Counted from the first letter of the stretch, positions 18,819-26,614 are shown. The stretch: 32,000 bases of DNA from Sedimentisphaera cyanobacteriorum (GCF_001997385.1 NZ_CP019633.1:2520001-2552000), one strand, 5' to 3'. Notes: generated by a model from the sequence alone, not told the origin. A program made the numbers and translations.

Positions 18819-19445
18819 ATGGCAGATTTACAAGCGTTGGCTGACGCCATCATTGGCGGTGATCAGAGCACCGCAGTAAATGTTACTAAAGAAGCTATCG
18901 AAGAAGGCATGGGCCCGGATGTGGTGCTCAGTAATGGTCTTGTTGCAGGTATGGCGGTAGTTGGAAAGAAATTTAAGAATAACGAAGTTTATATCCCTGA
19001 GGTTCTCATTGCAGCAAGAGCGATGAAGGGAGCAATGGAGCTTCTCGAACCTGAGCTGGTTAAATCCGGCGTAGAGCCCAAAGGTACTGTAGTTATCGGT
19101 ACTGTTCAGGGCGATTTGCACGATATAGGCAAGAATCTCGTGGCTATGATGCTAAAAGGAGCAGGTTTCAATGTGGTTGACCTCGGCGTTGACTGCTCAC
19201 CTGATAAGTACGTTCAGGCAGCTAAAGAGAGCGGAGCGGAGATCGTGGCGATGAGCGCACTGCTCACTACAACAATGCCTGCAATGGAGAAGGGCGTTAA
19301 GGCGATGAAAGAAGCCGGACTGGACTGCAAGGTAATGATAGGCGGAGCCCCTGTAACTCAGGGCTTTGCGGATAAAATCGGCGCAGACGGCTACTCAGAA
19401 GACGCCGCAAGCGCAGTTGACTTGGCAGAAGAATTAATGGCATAA
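18819..19445 (+). CDS. cobalamin-binding corrinoid protein (methyltransferase cognate corrinoid protein, MtbC/MtmC/MetH-B12-domain type)
   Basis: N-terminal B12-binding-2 helical cap, then a Rossmann-like domain with the DxHxxG motif (GDLHDIGKN), SALLTTT and GGA motifs. Confidence 0.88.
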   Translation: MADLQALADAIIGGDQSTAVNVTKEAIEEGMGPDVVLSNGLVAGMAVVGKKFKNNEVYIPEVLIAARAMKGAMELLEPELVKSGVEPKGTVVIGTVQGDLHDIGKNLVAMMLKGAGFNVVDLGVDCSPDKYVQAAKESGAEIVAMSALLTTTMPAMEKGVKAMKEAGLDCKVMIGGAPVTQGFADKIGADGYSEDAASAVDLAEELMA

Positions 19446-19473
19446 CAGTTTTCAAAAGCCTCCTTGAAAACGC

Positions 19474-19510
19474 AAAGGGCGAGCAAAGAAAGGTTCGCCC
19501 TTTGTTCATT
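19474..19510. terminator. bidirectional terminator between convergent genes
   Basis: AAAGGGCGA (19474-19482) pairs with TCGCCCTTT (19495-19503). It is flanked by A-rich sequence on one side and T-rich on the other, and sits between the stops at 19445 (+) and 19517 (-). Confidence 0.6.
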
Positions 19511-19516
19511 TTAAAG

Positions 19517-20878
19517 TTAATTCCGCAGAGCTTTAATCGGGGCGGGAATTCTTCCTGCTCTTTCTATGAATGCAGGCGATGCCTCCATGGGAACTCTCAT
19601 AATCGGAGCTCTTCCGAGCAGTCCGCCGAAATCTGCGCAGTTTCCCTCTTTCATCCCGGGAACTGGAATCACGCGAACGCCTGTGGTTTTGTTGTTGGCT
19701 ACACCAATCGCCAGCTCGTCGGCTATCACAGAGCTGAGCACTTCTGCCGGCGTATCGCCGGGCAGGGCAAACATATCCAGCCCCACAGAGCATACGGAGG
19801 TAAGCGCTTCGAGCTTTTCGAGATTCAAAGCTCCCTGCTCTACAGCCCTTATCATCCCGAGGTCTTCGCTTACGGGGATAAACGTCCCGCTTAGCCCGCC
19901 TACGTTTCCCGAGGCCATCGCCCCGCCTTTCTTCACTGCATCAATCAGCAGTGCAAGGGCGGCAGTGCTCCCGGGCCTTCCCATCCTGCTAACGCCCATC
20001 GCCTCGATTATCTCCGCCACAGAATCGCCCACAGCGGTAGTGGAGGCGAGCGAGATATCTACAATCCCGAATTCCACGCCGAGCATCTCAGCCATCTCCC
20101 TGCCGGTAAGCTCGCCTGCGCGGGTAATCTTGAAAACCGTGCGCTTTATTACCTCAGACAGCTCTGTGAGGCTGCAGTCTGGATTCTCTGCCACCACCGC
20201 CCGAACTACTCCCGGCCCGGATATCCCTATATTCAGCGAGCAGTCCGGCTCGCCTACGCCGTGATTAGCCCCTGCCATAAAAGGATTGTCTTCCGGGACA
20301 TTCGCAAACACCACAAACTTCGCGCAGCCTATACCGTCTTTGCCCTTTGCTGCGAGGTTTTTGAGCATCTCGCCGGTTTCCTTGATTGCTGTCATATTCA
20401 TACCTGCAAGCGTGGAGGCGAGATTGAAAAAGCCGCATACCCTGCTGGTTTGGTTAAGGGCATCGGGCATTGCCCGCATAAGCAGTTTGTCCGCTTTGGT
20501 CATACCTTTCTGCATTAGACCGCCGAAGCCGCCGATAAAATCGATGTTTGCCTTCTCTGCGGCCTTGTCGAGCGTTTTTGCAAGGCTCACGACCGATTCG
20601 ATTTTCGAAGGCAGAGGTTCTAGCAGAATCGAGGTGGGGGTTATAGAAATGCGCCGGTTGATAATCGGAATTCCGTATCTGGACTCAAGCTCGTCTGCAT
20701 ATTTGTTGAGCCTGCTGCCCATTTCTAAGACCCTATCGTATATCAGGGCGTTCATCTCGTTTTGGTCTCTGCTGATGCAGTCTTTTAGGTTTATCCCCAG
20801 AGTAACAGTTCGGATGTCGAAGCTGTACTCTGCGGTCATTTTTACGGTTTCGTAAACTTCTTCTACTGATATTCTCAT
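19517..20878 (-). CDS. UPF0210 / DUF711 'PFL-like' family protein
   Basis: The N-terminus MRISVEEVYETVKMT..FDIRTVTLGINL and the ~450-aa length are characteristic of the UPF0210 family. Confidence 0.82.
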   Translation of the reverse strand: MRISVEEVYETVKMTAEYSFDIRTVTLGINLKDCISRDQNEMNALIYDRVLEMGSRLNKYADELESRYGIPIINRRISITPTSILLEPLPSKIESVVSLAKTLDKAAEKANIDFIGGFGGLMQKGMTKADKLLMRAMPDALNQTSRVCGFFNLASTLAGMNMTAIKETGEMLKNLAAKGKDGIGCAKFVVFANVPEDNPFMAGANHGVGEPDCSLNIGISGPGVVRAVVAENPDCSLTELSEVIKRTVFKITRAGELTGREMAEMLGVEFGIVDISLASTTAVGDSVAEIIEAMGVSRMGRPGSTAALALLIDAVKKGGAMASGNVGGLSGTFIPVSEDLGMIRAVEQGALNLEKLEALTSVCSVGLDMFALPGDTPAEVLSSVIADELAIGVANNKTTGVRVIPVPGMKEGNCADFGGLLGRAPIMRVPMEASPAFIERAGRIPAPIKALRN

Positions 20879-21127
20879 ATTTTCTCCAGAGGATGAAATA
20901 TTATTATCTTCTAAAGCATATTATTATCGCTTTTTCGCTGGATTTTTAAATCTATTTATCCGGCAGGATTTCAGTTGGCGGACGGTATTTTTAACGAAAC
21001 TTACAGGGTCGTTATTTAGGCAGTGTACATTGTTTTTTCAGTGAGGGGAATTGGATTTAAACCTCCAATCGCACTAAAAGGACGTGTTTTTGGTAAAATT
21101 TATTACCTACAGATTTTATGTTTTTTT

Positions 21128-21320
21128 CACCACGAAGCACACGAAACACACGAAGGGGATATGGTTTCAATTGATTTTTTTATCCACAGATTCCCGCTGA
21201 TTGCACAGATTTTATTTGAATGTAAGAGCTTGCTGTAAAACAATTTATAATAAAAATCTTCGTGCCCTTGGTGGTTTAAACAAATTACAAAAATCCTTCG
21301 AGCCCTTCGCGCCCTTCGTG
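21128..21320. repeat. palindromic repeat element copy A (9-nt-periodic CACGAAG units in inverted arms)
   Basis: Left arm has CACGAAG/CACGAAA/CACGAAG starting at 21131, 21140 and 21149. Inverted arms are CTTCGTG/CTTGGTG (21258, 21267) and CTTCGAG/CTTCGCG/CTTCGTG (21296, 21305, 21314). The loop shares GTAAG..CTTGCTG...AATAAA(A)ATCTTCG with copy B. Confidence 0.75.
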
Positions 21321-21365
21321 ATTCAAACAAATTGCAAGCCCAAAAAATCCAAAGATTATTCGTAC

Positions 21366-21884
21366 TTATGCTCTGCGTTTGCGGAGGATAAATCCGCCGA
21401 TGCCAAGCAGCGCCATTGTTGCAGGTTCCGGTACAGCATTCATTCCTTCCGATGAACTGTCCAATAATTCAAGTGTCTGTGCATTATTAAGTGTGAAATG
21501 AGGCTCGGTTGCGGAGTATTGAAAAGTGAAAATATTTGAACCGAAGGCAACAATATCTGTCTCGTCTCCAAAAGTAAGCTCATTTGTATCGAAAAAGATT
21601 GAAAAAGCGCTGTAGTTGACTGTATTGTTAACTACATTTGAGAAAGAACCCAGAAATTCATTAGAAGAATCATAAATACTTACCTCGAAGTTATTGATCC
21701 CGCTGCCGGAACCTTTTGAATATGAGATGATATCCAAATCCGAATCGTACGTCATTGAACCCAGCACATCATAGCCGCTGTTACCAGTCCATGAAAAATC
21801 AACCGTTTCCCATGCGGTAGGCGGAAGCTTCCCGAAAGACAATGAAGCAGCGAAAACCAAAGATAAAACAGAAAATTTGTTCAT
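21366..21884 (-). CDS. PEP-CTERM sorting-domain secreted protein
   Basis: N-terminal signal peptide. The C-terminus VPEPATMALLGIGGFILRKRRA is the PEP motif + TM helix + basic tail, the exosortase signal. Confidence 0.85.
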   Translation of the reverse strand: MNKFSVLSLVFAASLSFGKLPPTAWETVDFSWTGNSGYDVLGSMTYDSDLDIISYSKGSGSGINNFEVSIYDSSNEFLGSFSNVVNNTVNYSAFSIFFDTNELTFGDETDIVAFGSNIFTFQYSATEPHFTLNNAQTLELLDSSSEGMNAVPEPATMALLGIGGFILRKRRA

Positions 21885-22023
21885 AGTGAAGTCCTTTCAA
21901 AAAAATAGGATAATTAAAATAACTTGATTGTATCTCCTGCGCAGAAAGGAGTAGATAATAAGAATTCCCGCCCAAAGGCTCACGCGTTTTTGAGCGGGAG
22001 TTAGTTCTTTGTGCTTTTTATAA

Positions 22024-22148
22024 ACCACGAATTGCACGAAACACACGAAGAAGAAAATTCAATCTTTCATTTTCAGCGTAAGCCTCTTGCTGAGGACTGA
22101 TTACTGAAAACTAACAATAAATCTTCGCGGCTTATCGCCCTTCGTGGT
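22024..22148. repeat. palindromic repeat element copy B
   Basis: CACGAAT/CACGAAA/CACGAAG start at 22026, 22035 and 22044. The inverted arm is CTTCGCG...CTTATCG..CTTCGTG (22123-22146). Same orientation and loop homology as copy A. Confidence 0.75.
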
Positions 22149-22180
22149 AAAACCGCATTACGCTTTGCGTTTTTTGCAGA

Positions 22181-22489
22181 TTAAGGCGGCACCCTTTGCT
22201 TGTTTTTGCAGGAATAGCCGCACTTCTGCCGGCAACAGCTTGCAAAGCTGTAATCGCTTTGGAACGAATTGTTTTCTTTTTGCTTAAATACCCTGCCAGT
22301 CATAATGGAGGCAGAGCTGAGCTGCTTGGGAGCTGTTTTTAAGCGGGCTAGGCTGCAGATGTGCTCTGTGAGGGCGAGTTTTTTACAGCTCGAGCCGGTG
22401 CCGGTTTTGCCGTAATCATTTTCAGGTCTCTCACCATTTTTGGCGGCAGGAGTCTGGAAAATGCATCCATTCCAGTATGCCGCTTTCAC
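22181..22489 (-). CDS. hypothetical protein, Cys-rich C-terminus (coding status uncertain)
   Basis: GTG start overlaps the upstream ORF's stop by 4 nt (GTGA), with an AGAGGG RBS-like motif 7 nt upstream. No family recognised. Confidence 0.3.
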   Translation of the reverse strand: MKAAYWNGCIFQTPAAKNGERPENDYGKTGTGSSCKKLALTEHICSLARLKTAPKQLSSASIMTGRVFKQKENNSFQSDYSFASCCRQKCGYSCKNKQRVPP

Positions 22490-22845
22490 CCATCCACCCT
22501 CTTCAAGCAGTAAGAAGTGAGCATTTTCGAGGAGTTAAAGGTTTGTCCCGATTTCAGGGCGGCCTCCGCTGATCTGCTGGAGTTTGCATTTATCTTGCTT
22601 AGCCGGCAGTCAGATTTGAAGGGCGGTAAGAGGCGATTTCGGGCTAAGTTTGTCAGTCTTTTCCCGCAGAGAATATATGTTTCGTTTACGATGAAGTAAA
22701 GGGCGGGAAGGTAAAATAATTTCAGATTGCGCACATTCTCTTCGCTGCGGGCAGTTCCCTTATACGCAGCTGGTTTTGGGCTGGCTGTAAATAAACACTC
22801 AACAAGAATACTGAACAAACACTGCATTATAAATACCTTTTGCAA
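22486..22845 (-). CDS. hypothetical protein (coding status uncertain; possibly a decayed gene)
   Basis: ORF only, with a likelier ATG start at 22827 (MQCLFS...). There is a faint resemblance (ARSEENVRNLKLF..AL) to the region after the prepilin-type N-terminal helix of DUF1559-type proteins. This is not robust. Confidence 0.25.
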   Translation of the reverse strand: MQKVFIMQCLFSILVECLFTASPKPAAYKGTARSEENVRNLKLFYLPALYFIVNETYILCGKRLTNLARNRLLPPFKSDCRLSKINANSSRSAEAALKSGQTFNSSKMLTSYCLKRVDG

Positions 22846-23003
22846 TACTAACAGAGGCAGTACAGAAACTTCTGTTACTTAACTTACCATAACGAAACAG
22901 TAAAAGCAAATTAAAATTGATCAAAATCCCTTTAAAATTTGTTCAAATCGCACAAATAAGCGTCTGCAAGGGGCTTATCGCCCAAAAAAATACAATTTTT
23001 AGA

Positions 23004-24453
23004 TACCGTCCCAAAGTTTGTGGATAAATTGCAAAAGGCTTGAGAAGTGATATAGTGTTATAGATAAGATAATACTTTTATCACAGGAGTCTCAAGCCAT
23101 GCAGAACATTATATCATTAGAACTGATAAGTGCCACATCAGAAAATGGATTTTCTTTAGATGAATTGGTTTTCAGGACCAAAGAGTTATTTGAAACTGAG
23201 GCTATGGCAGGTTTTGTAAGCCTGATTCTTCAGTTGATTGATGAGCGAATATGTATGAACATTGTTCAAGGTAAATCGGATAATACCGGCCAATCATGCT
23301 GCTGCAATGAGCGGTTTGAATATCATGATAGGTCTCTTCGCCAGTTCAGGACTTCTGTCGGCACAGTCAAGATTAGCTGGCGTCGCTTAAAGTGCGTTAA
23401 ATGCGGCAAGACAATAACTCCTTTGAGAGATTTTTTAGGCCTTGCACCCTACCAGTCAAAGACATTGGAGTTGGAAAAGCTGGTTACAGAAATTGTAAGC
23501 GAACAAAGTTATCGCCGAAGCAGCACTCATCTTGAATCTATCGGCAGCATACCTGTTCCAAAGAGCACTGCCCATCGCTGGGTTGTACAGACCGACTGCG
23601 ATCAGATTGATACCGGCACAGATACATTCAGTCTTCTTTTTGCTGACGGCACCGGCTTTAAGCGTCGGCCCGATAAGGACAAACGCATAAGTAATCGCGG
23701 TGAGCTCAGAGTTGCCTTAGGAGTCACCAGAAGTAGTTCTGTGGTGCCTTTAGGGGCATTCAGCGGTAAAAGCTGGGACGAGATATCCTCGCTGGTCAAG
23801 GGCGAACGTAAGAACAAAGAGCTTGTTGCCGATATGCTTGTAAGCGAGGGCGAAACAGGTCTGGTTAAGAGTCTGGCCAAACTTTGCAATGATAGCCAAA
23901 GAAGCCATTGGCACCTGGTTCGGGATCTGAATTATACGATGTGGAAGTATGATGCCGGCAAACTTGAACGTAAGCAAAAGCAGAAAGAATTGAATGCCGT
24001 AATTGGTATTGAAATTCCCGAGGAAGATTTTGAAAAGGTCTGTGATGATGACAAGAAAGATTTGCAAGATGCTGTCAATAGTGCCGAAAGTGATCTTCGT
24101 AAGCTGATAGGCAAACTGCTGGAGAAGGAATATAAAATAGCAGCCGATTACCTGAACCGTTCAGCTAAAAATATGTTCAGCTATGCTCGCCGCTGGCTGG
24201 AGACAGGTATTGTAACTCCGCGGGTTTCCAGCATGATAGAACGGATGATGCGAGAGCTTGGTCGACGCCTTAAACGCATCGCATTTGGCTGGAGCGAAGA
24301 AGGAGCGGCAAAGATGGCCAGAATTATCATTAAAAGATTTACTTCAGAAAATCAATGAGAAAAATACTGGCACGAAAAACTGAGGTTATTGGACAATGTA
24401 ATGCTTGCTCTAAAGACTATAAAAGTACAGAACCCACAAACTTTGGGACGTTA
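23004..24453 (+). mobile_element. ISLre2/UPF0236-like insertion sequence, apparently intact
   Basis: Perfect 17-bp terminal inverted repeats CGTCCCAAAGTTTGTGG at 23007-23023 and 24434-24450 (reverse complement), extendable to 20 bp with one mismatch. They enclose a single transposase ORF. Confidence 0.75.
23099..24358 (+). CDS. ISLre2 family (UPF0236) transposase
   Basis: AGGAG RBS. The layout matches my recollection of ISLre2/UPF0236 transposases: a Cys cluster (CCCNERFEYH...RRLKCVKCGKT), SQSYRRSSTHLESIGSIPVPKSTAHRWV, LLFADGTGFK and ELRVALGV. Confidence 0.65.
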   Translation: MQNIISLELISATSENGFSLDELVFRTKELFETEAMAGFVSLILQLIDERICMNIVQGKSDNTGQSCCCNERFEYHDRSLRQFRTSVGTVKISWRRLKCVKCGKTITPLRDFLGLAPYQSKTLELEKLVTEIVSEQSYRRSSTHLESIGSIPVPKSTAHRWVVQTDCDQIDTGTDTFSLLFADGTGFKRRPDKDKRISNRGELRVALGVTRSSSVVPLGAFSGKSWDEISSLVKGERKNKELVADMLVSEGETGLVKSLAKLCNDSQRSHWHLVRDLNYTMWKYDAGKLERKQKQKELNAVIGIEIPEEDFEKVCDDDKKDLQDAVNSAESDLRKLIGKLLEKEYKIAADYLNRSAKNMFSYARRWLETGIVTPRVSSMIERMMRELGRRLKRIAFGWSEEGAAKMARIIIKRFTSENQ

Positions 24454-24496
24454 ATAAGATTTTCAATTGGTTCCCCTGGATTTTTGCTTCGAGAAT

Positions 24497-25231
24497 TCAT
24501 CTTTCACCTCCCAGAAGCCTGCCTATAACTTCAAATTTCCACCACGGCAAATCCTCTTTAGAGTCGATGATTTCGTTTGAGTGGAAAAAACCTCGCCGTG
24601 CGTATATGCGAACATGTTCTTTAAGCCGATCCTCAACATGCTAATCACCCCATATTTGTTCTGGTTTTTCCATTTCAGTACACACAATAATTGTTAAGCG
24701 GCCATCGGCTTCAAGTAAAGCTCTATTTAATTCATCATTTATATGAGCGTCTCCAAATGAGTATCCGATTATAGTTAGGATAACCTCATTTTGTTGTGGT
24801 CTTAGAGTCTCTCGCATCTTAGTCAATATCTGAGCAAAAGGATCGCGTTGTGATTCTATATATTTTGTAGCTGCAGGCCAAATCAGCACAGGTTCGTTAT
24901 CAATTTCCTCTTTGATGCTATGTCGTATCCTCCTTGGTAATATATCATCATCTAAAAGACACCAATCCACAGAACCATGTACCTTAAAAACTTTTGCTGC
25001 CGCTTCATCAGAATTGTACGCTCTCATGTCCCACCACCCTGTTACTCCTCCATTGAAACCATCTGCAACAGGGATTTTTTCCAAAAATAACGCATCTTCA
25101 ATCAACGTATCATAATTGAGAGTAAAATAATCAACAGAGCATCTGGAACCTGCCTTACCAGTATGCAAGCCATGGACTGCACGAATAAATTGACGGTGAT
25201 ATTTAATCTTAGGATTGGTTTTAATGATGGC
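24497..25231 (-). pseudogene. SIR2-like (SIR2_2/PF13289-type) defence-domain gene, 5'-truncated with an internal TAG
   Basis: Motifs FTLNYDTLIE (TTNYD-type), KVHGSVDW and IIGYSFGDAHIN. The frame is open upstream of the listed start to 25231 and closes on TAA (25232-25234) exactly at the IS30 end. The N-terminal Gly-rich NAD loop is missing. An in-frame TAG at 24641-24643 is followed by 47 more sense codons to TGA at 24497-24499. Confidence 0.7.
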
Positions 25232-25233
25232 TT

Positions 25234-26527
25234 AGATTTTAATTTGAAGCGCAACGCTTCGCTAATTTAATCAGCCCGCGTGGCGGGCTGGAGTTTATCG
25301 CTTTTAGCTGCCTGAATAGATAAAGAATAAGGGCGGCGGTTAAGCCGCCTCTATCCAGTATAGATTGTTGCGGTGCTCGGGTTGCTCTCCAGCATTGCCC
25401 TGTCCTCTGTGATAACGCAAGCTATTATAGCGGCAGCGATGACTTTTGAAAAGAAAATATAGTGCCCATTACGGGTGTTTCCGATAGAGTGTTTTTTGAC
25501 AAAAAAAGAACTCTATTTAAGGAATCGTAATGGGCTATGGACATCTTACCATTGATGAACGGGAAAGCATATTAAAAATGCGTTCAGAACGAAAAAATAT
25601 GACGGATATTGCCAAACTGATTGGTCGTAATAAAGGTACGATCAGCAGGGAACTGTCGCGTAATATCAGCTCAACAGGCGAGTATAAGCCTCATCTGGCG
25701 CAGCGGTATTATCGCAGGCGTAGGGCTGAATCCAAACAGCCTTATCACCTTGAAGAAAACGGACGGCTGAGGCGGTATGTGATTGGTAAACTCAAAAAAT
25801 ATCTGTCCCCTGAACAAATATCAGGCCGCATTGAGATAGACTATCCAGATGACATTCAAATGCGTGTAAGCCCTTTGACAATATATAGTTGGGTTAAACG
25901 AGACAAGGTTGACGGCGGTGTTTTTTACAAGTTTTTGCGTCAAGGCCGTCGCAAACGACGAAAGAAGCACGGCAGTAATGACAAGCGTGGCCGGATACCG
26001 AACAAACGTTCGATCAGTGAGCGTCCGGAGGTTGTTGACAAGCGTAATCGCTTCGGCGATTGGGAGGGTGACAGCGTCAGCGGTAAAGGACACGGTTCAT
26101 TTATTGCAACACTTGTCGAGCGTGCAAGCCGCTATCTGCTCTCTGGCAGGATGAAAGATAAGAGTGCCCAGAGCATGAATGAAACCACCCGAAGGTTGTT
26201 CAGGAAGATACCAAAGTCCAAGCGTCAAACGATGACAGTTGACAATGGCAAGGAGTTTGCCCAGTTTAAAGAGATGGAAAAAACAGTCGGCCTATGCTGC
26301 TACTTTGCTGATCCATACAGTTCTTATCAGCGTGGAACTAATGAAAACACAAACGGCCTGCTTCGTCAGTTCTTCCCTAAGGGAACTGATTTTAAGAAAG
26401 TTAGTGATAAGGAACTTGACAAAGTTGTCGCCTTAATCAATAATCGATCAAGGAAATGTTTAAAATATCGGACACCAAATGAAGTGCTCTGGAGCGATGA
26501 AAAAAGTTGCGCTTCAGATTAAAATTT
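25234..26527 (+). mobile_element. IS30-family insertion sequence
   Basis: Imperfect terminal inverted repeats: GATTTTAATTTGAAGCGCAAC (25235-25255) versus the reverse complement of GTTGCGCTTCAGATTAAAATT (26506-26526), 19/21 matching. They enclose an IS30-type transposase gene. Confidence 0.8.
25530..26522 (+). CDS. IS30 family transposase
   Basis: N-terminal HTH (LTIDERESILKM...MTDIAKLIGRNKGTISRELSRN). DDE domain with DWEGDSV, MTVDNGKEF and YSSYQRGTNENTNGLLRQFFPKGTDF. Confidence 0.92.
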   Translation: MGYGHLTIDERESILKMRSERKNMTDIAKLIGRNKGTISRELSRNISSTGEYKPHLAQRYYRRRRAESKQPYHLEENGRLRRYVIGKLKKYLSPEQISGRIEIDYPDDIQMRVSPLTIYSWVKRDKVDGGVFYKFLRQGRRKRRKKHGSNDKRGRIPNKRSISERPEVVDKRNRFGDWEGDSVSGKGHGSFIATLVERASRYLLSGRMKDKSAQSMNETTRRLFRKIPKSKRQTMTVDNGKEFAQFKEMEKTVGLCCYFADPYSSYQRGTNENTNGLLRQFFPKGTDFKKVSDKELDKVVALINNRSRKCLKYRTPNEVLWSDEKSCASD

Positions 26528-26554
26528 TGATTATGAAAAATAATAAAATTTCTG

Positions 26555-26601
26555 TTGAACCAGCAGCGCATTAGTGTATTATATACTTAATACAGTAATA
26601 C
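26555..26601 (+). promoter_or_regulatory. candidate promoter plus GntR-type palindromic operator
   Basis: TTGAAC (26555-26560), 16-17 nt spacer, TATTAT/ATTATA (26577-26583). GTATTA (26576-26581)-N6-TAATAC (26588-26593) overlaps the -10 element, with a third TAATAC at 26596-26601. This fits the GT..AC half-site style of GntR operators. Confidence 0.4.
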
Positions 26602-26614
26602 AAAGGTTTTGATA

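Noticed and set aside
21023-21455. Three small ORFs (71, 67 and 84 aa), including peptides such as FHHEAHETHEG.
   Set aside because: They are translations of the CACGAAG/CTTCGTG repeat arms on both strands, so they are repeat artefacts rather than genes.
26528-26614. A search for the missing 5' part of the SIR2-like gene on the far side of the IS30 element.
   Set aside because: The minus-strand translation there (MRCWFNRNFIIFHNQ...) has no GAGxS/NAD-loop character, and the segment reads as the GntR promoter/operator. A simple IS insertion into an intact gene is therefore not supported.
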